From positions 179,118,001-179,182,000 of the forward strand of contig JANJGN010000002.1 of assembly GCA_026770705.1 (NCBI GenBank): a stretch of DNA of 64,000 bases, written 5' to 3'. The position numbers and the translations under genes were made by a program. Under the pieces are notes generated by a model. The model was not told where the DNA came from and searched no databases. It saw only the letters and a list, made by a program, of their open reading frames with translations. Within the stretch, counting starts at the first letter, position 1, and each line of letters opens with the position of its first letter. Shown piece by piece: positions 36,382-49,024 of the stretch. Origin of the DNA: Isurus oxyrinchus. Taxonomy: Eukaryota.

Positions 36382-37471
36382 TAAATTCTAAGTTTCATCC
36401 AGGGGCCTAAGCAGGGAGACAAAAGCTATCCACTGGCAGCAGCTGAAATAGTTAATTAAGGAAACCAGCTTGAACTGGTCTTGCTGTACCTAGGCTCAGC
36501 TAGTCCCTTTGTTTAGAGCATATACATCTAGACATTCTCAGTACGACCAGCACTGAGTGTGTGACCCCAATGGAGTGAGAGAGTTTTGTGAGCTGAATGT
36601 GTTTGGTGAGGAGGGAAGGTTGGGGTTCCTTAGCTTTCTCCATCTTTTTCACCCTGTAGGAACTGGTTCTAGCTCTACTACAGGGGAAGAAGCTAGCTGT
36701 TGGTGAGCATCTGGTAAAAGGTCAAGGTCTATTCCATTTCTAAGGTTAAAAATAGGACAGGAATTTCTTTGGGACATTTCCGCAGGGCTAAAGGGAAACT
36801 TGCAGTGGGAGGGGGAGGATCCAGTGATCGTGAACCAAGTAGAAACCAATGACATTGGCAGGATGAGGAAGGAGGTTTTGCATAGTCAGTATGAGAAACT
36901 AAGCACCAAATTAAGAAGCAGATCTTCAAAGATAATAATTTCTGGATTATTACCTGAGCCACGTGCAAATTGGCATAGGGCAAATAAGATTAGTGAGATG
37001 AATGCTTGGCTCAAAGACTAGTGTTGAAGAAATGGAGTCCGGTTTGTTGGGCACTGGCATCAGTAGTGGGGAAAGTGGGAACAGTACCGTTAGGACAGTC
37101 TACACCTGAACCATGCTGGGGCTGGTGTCCTCACGGGCCGCATAACTAAGGAAGTAGAGAGGGTTTTAAATTGAATAGTGGTGCAAATAAAAATAACTAA
37201 GTATGATCTGACAGCCATTACACAGACACGGCTACAGGATGATATAGATTGGGACCCTGACATATAGGAAGGACAGGAAGTTAGGAAAAGGTGGAGGGGT
37301 GGCTCTGTTAATTAATGATGATATTAGCACATTAGAGAGGAATAACCTAAGTTCTAGAAACCAGGATCTGGAAGCAGTTTAGGTTGAGGTGAGAAATGAA
37401 GTTACTTGTGGAAGAGATGTTCAGGCCCCCTAATTGTAACTAAAGAGTAGGACAGAGTATAAAGAAGAGAT

Positions 37472-37687
37472 AAAAACAAAGAAAACTGCGGATGCTGGAA
37501 ATCCAAAACAAAAACAGAATTACCTGGAAAAACTCAGCAGGTCTGGCAGCATCGGCGGAGAAGAAAAGAGTTGACGTTTCGAGTCCTCATGACCCTTCCA
37601 CAGAACTGAGGACTCGAAACGTCAACTCTTTTCTTCTCCGCCGATGCTGCCAGACCTGCTGAGTTTTTCCAGGTAATTCTGTTTTTG
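37472..37687. mobile_element. mini palindromic Penelope family-1 insertion
   Basis: Reverse and forward terminal repeats are joined at ~37607. GTATAAAGAAGAGATAA is duplicated at 37457-37473 and 37687-37703. Confidence 0.92.
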
Positions 37688-40526
37688 TATAAAGAAGAGA
37701 TAATGGGAACTTGCCAGAAAGGTACAGCAATAATCATAGGGGATTTTAATCCATATTTGGACTGAAAAAATCAGATGGGCAAAGGTAGCATAGATAAAAA
37801 GGTCATAGAATGTTTTCAGAATCATTTCTTAGAATAGCACTTCCTGGAGCCAACCAGAGAGAAGGCTATACTAGACTTGGTATTGTGCAACGAGATAGGA
37901 TTAATTGATAATCTCACAGTGAAGGCACTCCTAGGTAGCAGCGATCATAATATGATTGAATTTGACATTCATTTTGAAGGAGAGATGAGTACGCCCAAGA
38001 CTAGTATTTTAAAATTAAATAAGGGCAATTATGAGGGCATGAAAGCAGAACTAGCAAATTAGGTTAAGGGATTGGTCAACAGAGGTTCAGTGGCAGACAT
38101 TTAAAGGGACATTTCAGGATACACAGAATAGAAACATTCCAACGAGAAAGGAAATCTCCAATGGGAGGACCCACCACCTGTGGTTAACTACAAAAGTTAA
38201 AGATAGTGTCAAACTTAAAGAAAAAGCATATAATTGCACAAAGATGGATGGCAGGTCTGAAGATTGGAAAGAATATAAAGAACAGCAAAGAATGACAAAA
38301 AGATTATTAAGGAGATAAATTAGAGTATAAGAAAAAGCTAACTAGTAATACAAAGGTAGATAGTAAGAGTTTGTACAGATATTTAAATAAAAAAAGAGTT
38401 AACAAAGTGAGCATTGGTCCTATAGAAAGCGTATTTGGGGAATTGATAATGGAAAGTAGGGAGATAGCGGATGAATTAAACAGGTATTTTGCATTGGTCT
38501 TCACTATAGAGGACACAAGTAACATCCCAGAAATATCTGTAAATCAAGAAATGGAAAGGAGGGAGGAACTCGGGGAAAATAACAATCACTGGGGGAGTGG
38601 TATTGAGCAAATTGTTGGGGCTGCGGGCTGGCAAATCCCCGGGTCCGGAAGGACTTCACCCTAAGGTCTTGAAAGAAGTGGCTAGTGAGATAGTTGATGC
38701 ACAGGTTTTAATTTTCCAAAATTCCCGGGGAAGGTTTCATTAGATTGGAACTTAGCAAATGTAACTCCTTTATTCAAAAAGTGACGGAGACAGAAGACAG
38801 AAGAGACAGAAAGCAGGAAACTGCAGACCAGTTACCCTAACATCTGTCGTAGATAATATGTTAGAAGCTATTATTAAAGATGTTATAGCAAGGCATTTGG
38901 AAAAATTCAACCAATCAAGCAACGTGGTTTTGTGAAAGGGAAATCATGCTTAACCAATTTATTGGAGTCTTTGAAGGAGTCACATGTGCTGTGGATAAAG
39001 GGGAACCAGTCAAAGATCTGTACTTACATTTCCAAAAGGCATTTGATAAGGTGCCACATCAAAGGTTATTGCAGAAAATAAAAGCTCATGGTGTTGTGGT
39101 TAATATATTGGCACAGCTAGAGATGGGGAGGCGATGGCCTAGTGATACTGTTGCTGGACTAGTAATCCAGAGACCTAGGGTAATGGTCTGGGGATCCAGG
39201 TTTGAATCCTGCCATGGCAAATGGTGGAATTTGAATCCAATAAAAATCTGGAATTAAAAGTCCAATGATGACCATGAAACGATTGTCAATTGTTGTAAAA
39301 ACCCATCTAGTTCAATAATGTCCTTAAGGGAAGGAAATCTGTTGTCCTTACCTGGTCTGGCCTACATGTGACTCCAGACCTACAGCAATGTGGTGGACTC
39401 TTAAATGCCCTCTGCAAGCCACTCAGTTGTAACAAGCTGTTACAAAGTCACAAAAAAAGGAATGAAACCAGATGGACCACCCGGCATTGACCTAGGCACC
39501 GAAAATGACAACTGTGACCGCAGCCCTGTTGACCCTGCAAAGTCTTCCTTACTAACATCTGGGGGCGAGAGCCAAAATTGGGAGAGCTGTCTCATAGACT
39601 AGTCAAGCAACAGCCTGACAGTGTCATCCACATGGAATCATACCTTACAGATTATGTCCCAGGCTCCACCAGCTGGACAGACCCAGTGGAGGTGGCGGCA
39701 CAGTGGTATACAGTTGGGAGGGAGTTGCCTTGGGAGTCCTCAGCATTGATTCCAGACCCCATGAAGTCTTGTGGCATCAGGTTAAACATGGGCAAGGAAA
39801 ACCCCTGCTGATTACCACGTACCACCTTCCCTCAGCTGATTGAATCAGTATTCTTCCATGTTGAACATCACTTGGAGGAAGCACGGAGGGTTGGTAAGGG
39901 CACAAAATGTTCTCTGGGGGGGGTCTTCAATGTCCATCACCAAGAGTGGCTCGGTAGCACCAATACTGACTGAGCTGGCCAAGTCCTAAATGACATAGCT
40001 CCTAGACTGGGTCAGCGGCAGGTGGTGAGGGAACCAACAAGAGGGAAAAACCTCATCCTCACCAACCTGCCTGCTGCAGATGCATTCATCCATGACAGTA
40101 TTGGTAGGAGTGACCACTACACAGTCATTGTGGAGACGAAGTCCCACCTTCACATTGAGGATGTCCTCCATCGTGTTGTGTGGCACTACCACTGTGCTAA
40201 ATGGAATAGATTTCGAACAGATCTAGCAACTCAAGACTGGGCATCCATGAGGCACTGTGGACCATCAGCAGTAGCAGAATTGTACTCAAACACAATCTGT
40301 AAACTCATGGCCCAGCATATCCCCTAAACTACCATTACCATCAAGCCAGGGGATCAACCCTGGTTCAATGAAGAGTGCAGGAGAGCATGCCAGGAGCAGC
40401 ACTAGGCATAACTAAAAATGAGGTGTCAACCTTTTGAAGCTATAAAACAGGACTACTTACGTACCAAACGGCATAAGCAGCAAGTGATAGACAGAGCTAG
40501 GCGATCCCACAACCAACAGATCAGAT

Positions 40527-43500
40527 ATAAAACAAAAACAAAAACAGAATTACCTGGAAAAACTCAGCAGCTCTGGCAGCATCGGCGGAGAACACTCAGT
40601 GCTATGCGCCGCCATATGAACACACTCAACCTCTCCCTCCAGCAGCACCGCCATACCCTTTTGCAAAGCTGCGCGTGCCCCCAGTTTCATTTTATTCTTT
40701 GTCTCATTCAACGCCTCAACAAGAAACTTTTTCTCTTTCTCTCAAGTGCTAAGGAACACAAGCTCCAACAACTCATCGACACCAACACCCATCTAGGACC
40801 CTCCACCCTTGCCTGTCCCTCCGTCCCCACCCCATCTTCCAATCCCAGCCCCAGCCGTGTATTCACTATACCCCCTGACCATCCCCTCTCCGATGCTGAA
40901 CGTTCAGTTCTCAGCAAAAGACTTAGTTTCATACCCTTACGCCCTCACCTCAATGAATTTCGGGCTTGGCATGATGCTGAACTCTTCTTCCGCCGTCTTC
41001 GTCTCCGGGCTCACTTCTTTGGGCAGGAGTCCTCTCCCCATTCAACGGATCCTTTCACCCACCTCCAATATTCTCCCTCCACCTGGACCCCTCCCTCTGG
41101 ATTCTTACCTTCTCTTGATCTTTTCATTGAGAACTGTCGGCGCGACATTAGTCGTCTCAATTTCTCTGCTCCTCTCACCCATTCTAATCTCTCTCTCTCT
41201 GATCTTACTGCACTCCATTCTCTCAGGTCCAACCCTGACATTGTCATCAAACCTGCTGACAAGGGTGGTGCTGTTGTTGTCTGGCGCACTGACCTCTACC
41301 TCGCGGAGGCTGAGCGTCAACTCGCAGACACTTCCTCCTACCTCTCCCTGGACCATGACGCCACTACTGAACATCAAGCCATTGTTTCCAGGACTGTCAC
41401 TGACCTCATCTCCTCTGGGGATCTTCCTCCCACAGCTTCCAACCTGATAGTCGCCCAACCTCGGACGCCCAAAATCCACAAACAGAATTGCCCCGGTAGA
41501 CCGATCATGTCAGCTTGCTCCTGCCCCACAGAACTAATTTCTCGTTATCTTGACTCCCTTCTCTCTCCCCTTGTCCAGTCCCTTCCCACCTACATCCGTG
41601 ATTCCTCTGACACCTTACGTCACATCAACAATTTCCAGTTCCTTGGCCCCAACCGCTTCCTCTTCACCATGCACGTCCAATCCCTCTACATCTCCATCCC
41701 CCACCAGGATGGTCTGAGGGCCCTTAGCTTCTTCCTCGAACAGAGGCCCGAACAATCCCCATCCACCACTACTCTCCTCTGTCTGGCTGAACTTGTTCTC
41801 ACACTGAACAATTTCTCCTTCAACTCCTCTCACTTACTCCAAATAAAAGGTGTGGCTATGGGTACCTGCATGGCCCCCAGCTATGCCTGTCTCTTTATGG
41901 GGTATGTGGAACATTCCTTGTTCCAGTCCTACTCCGGTCCCCTTCCACAACTCTTTCTCCGGTACATCGATGACTACTTCGGTGCTGCTTCATGCTCTCG
42001 TTGGGACTTGGAAAAATTTATTAATTTTGCTTCCAATCTCCACCCCTCAATCATTTTCATGTGGTCCGTCTCTGACACTTCCCTTCCCTTCCTTGACTTC
42101 TCTGTCTCAATCTCTGGTAATAGATTGTCCACCAATATCCATTACAAACCTACCGACTCCCACAGCTACCTCGACTACAGCTCCTCACACCCCGCTTCCT
42201 ATAAGGACTCCATCCCATTCTCTCAGTTCCTTCGCCTTCGTCGCATCTGTTCCGATGATGCTACCTTCAAAAACGGTTCCTCTGACATGTCCTCCTTCTT
42301 CCTTAACCAAGATTTTCTACCCACGGTCATTGACAGGGCCCTCAACCGTGTCAGGCCCATCTCCCACGCATCTGCCCTCACGCCTTCTCCTCCCTCCCAG
42401 AAACATGATAGGGTCCCCCTTGTCCTCACTTATCACCCCACCAGCCTCCGCATTCAAAGGATCATCTTCCGCCATTTCCGCCAACTCCAGCATGATGCCA
42501 CCACCAAACACATCTTCCCTTCACCCCCCCTTATCGGCATTCCATAGGGATCGTTCCCTCCGGGACACCCTGGTCCACTCCTCCATCACCCCCTACTCCT
42601 CAACCCCCTCCTATGGCACCACCCCATGCCCACGCAAAAGATGTAACACCTGCCCTTCCCTTCCTCTCTCCTCACCGTCCAAGGGCCCAAACACTCCTTT
42701 CAAGTGAAGCAGCATTTCACTTGCATTTCCCCCAACTTATTCTACTGCATTCGATGCTCCCACTGTGGTCTCCTCTACATTGGAGAGACCAGACGTAAAT
42801 TGGGCAACCGCTTTGCAGAACACCTGCGGTCTGTCCGGAAGAATGACCCAAACCTCCCTGTCGCTTGCCATTTTAACACTCCACCCTGCTCTCTTGCCCA
42901 CAAGTCTGTCCTTGGCTTGCTGCATTGTTCCAGTGAAGCCCAACGCAAACTGGAGGAACAACACCTCATCTTCCGACTAGGCACCTTACAGCCTTCCAGA
43001 CTGAATATTGAATTCAACAACTTTAGGTCCTGAACTCCCTCCTCCATCCCCACCCCCTTTCTGTTTCTTCCCCCTTCCTTTTGTTTTTTCCAATAAATTA
43101 TATAGATTTTTCTTTTCCCACCTATTTCCATTATTTTTAAATATTTTAAAATCTTTTATGCTCCCCCCACCCCCACTAGAGCTATACCTTGAGTGCCCTA
43201 CCATCCATTCTTAATTAGCACATTCGTTTAGATAATATCACCAACTTCAACACCTATGTATTCTTTTGTTCTGTTGTCTGTGACATCTTTTGATGATCTG
43301 CTTCTATCACTGCTTGTNNNNNNNNNNNNNNNNNNNNNNNNNNNNNNNNNNNNNNNNNNNNNNNNNNNNNNNNNNNNNNNNNNNNNNNNNNNNNNNNNNN
43401 NNNNNNNNNNNNNNNNNNNNNNNNNNNNNNNNNNNNNNNNNNNNNNNNNNNNNNNNNNNNNNNNNNNNNNNNNNNNNNNNNCCCTTCCTTGGATTCACCA

Positions 43501-43636
43501 AGTTCTGTTGAAGGGTCATGAGGACTCGAAACATCAACTCTTTTCTTCTCCGCCGATGCTGCCAGACCTGCTGAGTTTTTCCAGGTAATTCTGTTTTTGT
43601 TTTGGATTTCCAGCATCCACAGTTTTTTTTGTTTTT
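40527..43636 (+). mobile_element. long Penelope family-1 copy with a short inverted terminal repeat at its 5' side
   Basis: Inverted repeat at ~40530-40592. RT motifs IVIKPADKGG, PKIHK..PGRPI and RYIDD; GIY-YIG at 42704-43033. TSD AGATCAGAT(A/C)TAA at 40518-40530 and 43637-43649. Confidence 0.93.
43318..43481. other. assembly gap (164 N)
   Basis: Run of N at the position of the Penelope low-complexity CT/CA tract. Confidence 1.
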
Positions 43637-45573
43637 AGATCAGATCTAACCTCTGCAGTCCTGCCACATCCAGTCGTGAATGGTGGTGGACAATTAAACA
43701 ACTCACTGGAGGAGGTGGCTCCACAAATATCCCCATCCTCAATGACGGAGGAGCTCAGCACATCAGTGCAAAAGATAAGGCTGAAGCACTCGCAACAGTC
43801 GTCAGCCAGAAGTGCCGAGTGGATGATTCATCTCACCTCCTCTGGAGTCCCAAGCATCACAGATGCCAGTCTTCAGCCAATTCGATTCATTCCATGTGAT
43901 ATTAAGAAGCAACTGATGGCACTGGATACTGCAAAGGTTACGGGCCCTGACAACATTCCGACAATAGTACTGAAGACTTGTGCTCCAGAACCTGCCATGC
44001 CCCTGGCCAAGCTGTTCCAGTACAGCTACAACACCGGTATCTGCCCGGCAATGTGGAAAATTGCTCAGGTAAGCCCTGTACACAAAAAGCAGGACAAATC
44101 CAACCTGGTCAATTACCACCCCATCAGTCTGCTCTCGATCATCAATAAGGAAATGGAAGGGTTCATCAAAAGTGTTATCAAGCAGTGCTTGCTTAGCAAT
44201 AACCTGCTCACTGATGTCCAGTTTGGATTCTGCCAGGGCCACTCAGTTTCTGACCTCATTATAGCCTTGGTTCAACCATAGACAAAAGAGCTGAACTCCC
44301 AATGTGAGGTGAGAGTGACTGAACTTAACATCAAGGCAGCATTTGATTGAGTATGGCATTAAGCCCTACCAAAACTAGAATCAATGGGAATTAGGAGGAA
44401 AAGTCTCCGCTGGTTGGAATTATACCTAGGACAAAGGAAGATGGTTGTAGTTGTTAGAGGTCAGTCATCTCAGCTCCAGGGCATTACTGCAGGAGTTCCT
44501 CAGGGTAGTGTCTTGGGCCCAAACATCTTCAGCTGCTTCATCAATCACCTTCCTTCCATCATAAGGTCAAAAGCGAGGATATTCGCTGATGATTACACAA
44601 TGTTCAGCACCATTCATGACTCCTCAGATACTGAAGCAGTCCATTTCCAAATGTAGCAAGACCTGGACAATATCCAGGCTTGGACTGACAAGTGGTAAGT
44701 AACATTTGCACCACACAAGTGTCAGGCAATGACCATCTCCAACAGGAGAGAATCCAACCATCGGCCTTTGATGTTCAATGGCATTACCATCACTGAATCC
44801 CCCACTATCAACATCCTGGGGGTTACCATTGACCAGAAACTGAACTGGACTAGCCATATAAATACTGTGGCTACAAGAGCAGGTCAGAGGCTAAGAATCG
44901 CTTCCTGACTCCCCAAAGCCTGTCCACCATGTACAAGGCACAGGTCAGGAATGTGATGGACTACTCCCCACTAGCCTAGATGAGTGCAGCTCCTGCAACA
45001 CTGAAAAAGCTGGGCATTATCCAGTGTAAAGCAGTCCGCTTGACTGGCACCACTTCACAAACATTCACTCCTTCCACCACTGACACACAGTAGCAGCAGT
45101 GTGTACCATCTATAAGATGCACTGCAGGAATTCATTAAGGCTCCTTAGACAGTATCTTCCATACCCAAGACCACTATCACTGAGAAGGACAAGGGCAGCA
45201 GATAGATGGGAACGCCACCACCTGGAAGTTCCTTTCCAAGTCATTCACCAGTCTGATTTGGAAATATATCACAGTTCCTTCACTGTTGCTGGGCCAAAAT
45301 CCTGAAGCTCCCATCCTAACAGCACTGTGGGTGTACCTATAACCACATGGACTGCAACGGTTCAAGAAGGCAGCTCACCACCACCCACTCAAGGGCAGCT
45401 AGTGATGGGCAATAAATGCTGGCCCAGCCAGCAAAGCCCACATCCTGTGAATGAATAAAAGAAAGAAGATTGGCTAGCTAACAGGAAGCAGAGAGTTGGC
45501 GTAAATGGGTATTTTTCTGGCTGGCAGGATGTGACGAGTGGTGTGCCACAGGGATCAGCTTTTTACAATTTAT

Positions 45574-46686
45574 TGTTATGACACAGCAGTTGGTAAAGGC
45601 TGAGTTATTTAAAATCCCAGAGGGAAACTTTAAATAACTGTCATAACCTATATTTTTAATCGGTATGTTTGAGATGCAACTCTGAATTCAGAAATGAACC
45701 CACCAAGCCTTCAAAGGTTTTAATAAGAATTAAATTAAATATTTATTAATTTTAATAAGAAATTAAACACATACACCATAAGACCATAAGATGTAGGAGC
45801 AGAAGTAGGCCATTTGGCCCATCAAGTCTGCTCTGCCATTCAATGAGATCATGGCTGACCTGATAACCTTCAACTCTACTTTCCTGCCTTTTCCCCATAA
45901 CCCTTGATTCCCTTATTGATTAAAAATCTGCCTATCTCAGCCTTGAATATACTTAATGATCCAGCCTCTACACCTTCTGCAGTAAAGAATTCCACAGATT
46001 GACTACCCTCTGAGAGAAGAAATTCCTCCTCATCTCTGTTTTAAGTGGGCACCACCTTACTCTGAGATTATGCCCTCTGCACGTCTAAAAATTACTACCA
46101 TAATAGCTATTAAACAAATCCCCAAATGAATCACTCCTAGGTAATCTTCCTTGAGGCAACAATAACCCATAGACTTAAACAGACACCAGGTAAAGCACAT
46201 TTTATCTTACAAATTCAAAAGGAGGTGCCTTTCAATTTGTTCCTTTGCAGGCACAGTGGTAGGCTTACAGGCTTAGATCTCACATGCCTCTGACTTCCAC
46301 ACACAAAACTCTCCTGTATATACCTAGCCTTCCTTTTGAATGCAAATTCTTGGTGTATCACTAGGCCCATTGAACTCCACCTCTTCTAATAATAAAACCC
46401 CTTTCATAGTACCAATTTTATTAGTAATATAAACATATTGCTTGGTGTCTCCTAGCCAGGGTGCAAGATTTCATCCCCAGTCTTTGAATGGTTTATTCAA
46501 CAAAATGCAAATGTCCCCTTCATCTTTCTGTTTAACATCTCAAAACTACTATATATCAAAGCACCCAGCCTAGCTGGCTTTAATCCAATTAATACACACA
46601 ACTCACACCGACAGAAATAGACCCTACTACAAGTCCACTTTAAAATAATTTCCAATAACATTATATACACTAATATCTACATGACA
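45574..46686. mobile_element. solo LTR with 4-bp TSD (TTAT), containing a CR1 3' fragment (~45775-46078, -)
   Basis: TGTTATGACA...CATGACA termini; TTAT at 45570-45573 and 46687-46690. Removing it restores host CR1 ACA ATT TAT ATA AAT (TIYIN). Confidence 0.88.
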
Positions 46687-48148
46687 TTATATAAATGACT
46701 TGGATGAAGGGATGAAGTATGGTTGCTAAATTTGCTGATGACACAAAGATAGGTAAGAAAATAAATTATGAAGAGGACATAAGGTGGCTACAAAGGGATA
46801 TAGATAGGTTAAGTGAGTGGACAAAGATCTGACAAATGTGAAATTGTCCATTTTGGCAGGAAGAATAAAAAAGAGGCTTATTATCTAGATGGTGAGAGAT
46901 TGCAGAGCTCCAAGATTCAGAGGGATCTGCGTGTCCTATTATATGAATCACAATAGGCTAGTATGCAGGTACAGCAAGTAATACAGCAAGAAGGCTAACA
47001 GAATGTTGTTATTTATTGTGAGGGGAATTGATTAAAGAAGTAGGGAGGTTATCCTTCAGTTGTACAGGGCTCTGGTGAAACCACATCTGGAGTACTGTGT
47101 ACAGCATTGGTCTCCTTATTTAAGGAAAGATGTAAATGCATTAGAAGCAGTTCAGAGAAGGTTTACTAGACTAATACCAGGAATGGGAGGGTTGTCTTAT
47201 GAGGAAAGGTTGAACAGGTTAGGCTTGTATCCACTGGAGTTTAGAAGAGTAAGAACTTGATCTAATTTTTTAAGATCCTGAGGGGTCTTGACAGGGTGGA
47301 TGTGGAGAATATGTTTCCTGTTGTGGGACAATCTAGAACAGGGGGTCACTGTTCAAAGTGAGGAGCCGCTCATTTAAGACAGAGCCGCTCATTTAAGAGG
47401 AGAAAGTTTTTTCTATGAGGGTCTTGAGTCTTTGGAACTCTCTTCCTCAAAATGCAGTGGAAGCAGAGTCTTTGAATATTTTTAAGGCTAGATAGATTCT
47501 TGGTTAACCGGGGTGGGGAGGGGAGGTGGCGCGAAAGGTTATTGGGGGCAGGCAGGAATGTGGAGTTGAGGTTACAATCAGATCAGCCATGATCTTATTG
47601 AACGGTGGAGCAAGCTCAAGGGGCAAAGTGACCTGCTCCTAATTCGTATGATGTTCGAATGTTCAGTCTCCTTAACAATGGCACCGTATGTAGTTCATTA
47701 GATCTCTAACTATAACGCAGTAAGATACAGGATTTTGCCTACGTTTTCAGTTGATTAACTTAGCAAATGACGCAACAGAAATGCTATTTCCCTGGACATA
47801 ACATTAAAAATTAATTATTGGTTAACATTGTAAATGCTTTAAAAGAACTTGATTTAATATTTCAACATTTCTTTAAGGTTTGTAGCCACAGAGCAATGCA
47901 GACACCAGCAGCAGACATTCAAGAAAAGCAATGACACCCTAGCCCATGAGAAGATAACAATGTTATACTCGTCTGATTAAGTGGAAGCATTCTATTAGTG
48001 GAACAAGCTTCACAAAATTCTAGTATCTTAGTTATTTGCTCTCTGCTTCAATTATGTTACCATTTCTGGCCCTATTAGAACAAAAATAATTGATCCTGAA
48101 AACAAGTAACACCTTGTACATGCAGGGGTGGATTTACAATGAAACACA

Positions 48149-48203
48149 GTGGGGCCAGACCGGAGGCTGTGTTTTTTCCGGTCTCTGGCACTGTGGCTGG
48201 GCT
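48149..48203 (+). pseudogene. Ig light-chain leader exon (start codon apparently GTG)
   Basis: (V)GPDRRLCFFRSLALWLG-T|GTAAGT is a phase-1 exon that splices in frame to the V exon. The upstream ATG at 48139 is out of frame. Confidence 0.65.
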
Positions 48204-48308
48204 GTAAGTATGAACGCTGAACTCTGCTTCCCTCACAGCAGCAGATAGGGGGCTTAGGATCACTTTTAAAGAGTCAATTTACAATGTTCAAACCCTGCTC
48301 TTTTACAG

Positions 48309-48621
48309 GTGGACAGTCTCAGACTCTGACTCAGCCCCCAGACCTGACTGTGAAACTGGGAAACAGGGCCACATGGACTGCAACATTGGAATGCATGATG
48401 GCTATTGTGTGAACCGTTATAAGCAGACACTTGGAGCAGCTTCTCAATGGGTCCTTAAATTTTATTATTCATGGACTAAGCTGGTTTCAGCAGCAATTGT
48501 GTCACATTGAAAACCAACAATGGCCAAAATATTTACCAGTTACTCATAAAGAACCTGGAGATGAATGATGCTGCCATCTATTACTGTGGAAAGTGGGTTT
48601 CCTTGAGCAGTACTTATGTGT
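48309..48621 (+). pseudogene. Ig light-chain V segment, sigma-like, defective
   Basis: Acceptor TTTTACAG. Conceptual translation GQSQTLTQPPDLTVKLGNRA/MDCNIGMHDGYCVNRYKQTLGAASQWVLKFYYSWT/AGFSSNCVTLKTNNGQNIYQLLIKNLEMNDAAIYYCGKWVSLSSTYV. It has two frameshifts and the FR2 Trp is replaced by Arg. Confidence 0.92.
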
Positions 48622-48649
48622 CACAGTGACAGGAGGTGAAACAAAAACT
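48622..48649 (+). promoter_or_regulatory. V(D)J recombination signal sequence, 12-bp spacer
   Basis: CACAGTG + ACAGGAGGTGAA (12 nt) + ACAAAAACT. Confidence 0.95.
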
Positions 48650-48948
48650 GGGAGATGCAAATATTAAAATGTAATACCTTTGTAATGGTTATAATTCTAA
48701 TATTTTACATTTTATCAAATCACTTTAATTTTGTCCTTCATACAAAAGTTTCATTTTGTAATTGATAACATTCTGAATCTCACTGCTCACTATTGGGTGT
48801 TGAGAACATTTTAATGTTAGTCTGGATGTTGCTGAGAGTTGATTCCTTATTGTCACTCACCAGCGGGGACACTGGGAATTACATGAAGTCTGATTAATGT
48901 TGGGACTGGTGCATCTGAATGTGTTTTCTGTTTGATTCCAGGGTCCTG

Positions 48949-48987
48949 GATAACTGTATGGACTGAACCCTAGAACCTCACACTGTG
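48949..48987 (-). promoter_or_regulatory. J-associated RSS, 23-bp spacer, degenerate nonamer
   Basis: GATAACTGT (5/9 match to GGTTTTTGT) + 23 nt + a perfect CACTGTG abutting J. Confidence 0.75.
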
Positions 48988-49024
48988 TGTGTGTTTGGTC
49001 AAGACACCAAACTCTTTGTTGCAG
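48988..49024 (+). pseudogene. Ig light-chain J segment (CVFGQDTKLFVA), FGxG altered to FGQD
   Basis: Preceded by the heptamer and followed by a phase-1 GTAAGT donor at 49025. Confidence 0.9.

Larger units (their letters stand above)
39125..45460 (+). mobile_element. ORF1-less CR1-group LINE with tRNA-like Pol III head (APE + RT, degraded)
   Basis: A box TGGCCTAGTG at 39135-39144 and B box GGTTTGAATCC at 39199-39209. APE start TNIWG..KLGELSHRL..QPDSVIHMESYL at ~39550 and IGRSDH; RT motifs GVPQGSVLGP and IFADD; tail GGGCAATAAATGCTGGCC..GTGAATGAATAAAA. Confidence 0.85.
36400..47650 (+). mobile_element. near full-length degraded CR1 LINE (ORF1 SGNH-esterase-like + ORF2) hosting nested insertions
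   Basis: ORF1 remnants VETNDIGR..IIISGLLP..DSLHLN. ORF2 remnants GDFN, LGSSDHNMIEF, FQKAFDKVPH, FTIYINDLDEG (split by the LTR), KFADDTK and LVKPHLEYCVQHWSP. 3' tail near 47640. Confidence 0.88.

Noticed and set aside
39125-39215. tRNA gene
   Set aside because: A/B boxes are present but there is no convincing cloverleaf or terminator, and the sequence continues into retroelement DNA.
40418-42547. 709-aa ORF as a novel fusion protein
   Set aside because: It is chance read-through from host LINE ORF2 across an inverted terminal repeat into a 5'-truncated Penelope RT. The RT motif Asp is mutated (MHVQSLY) and the frame breaks before GIY-YIG.
48145-48151. Perfect CACAGTG heptamer at the Ig leader start as an extra RSS
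   Set aside because: There is no nonamer at 12- or 23-bp spacing; likely coincidental.
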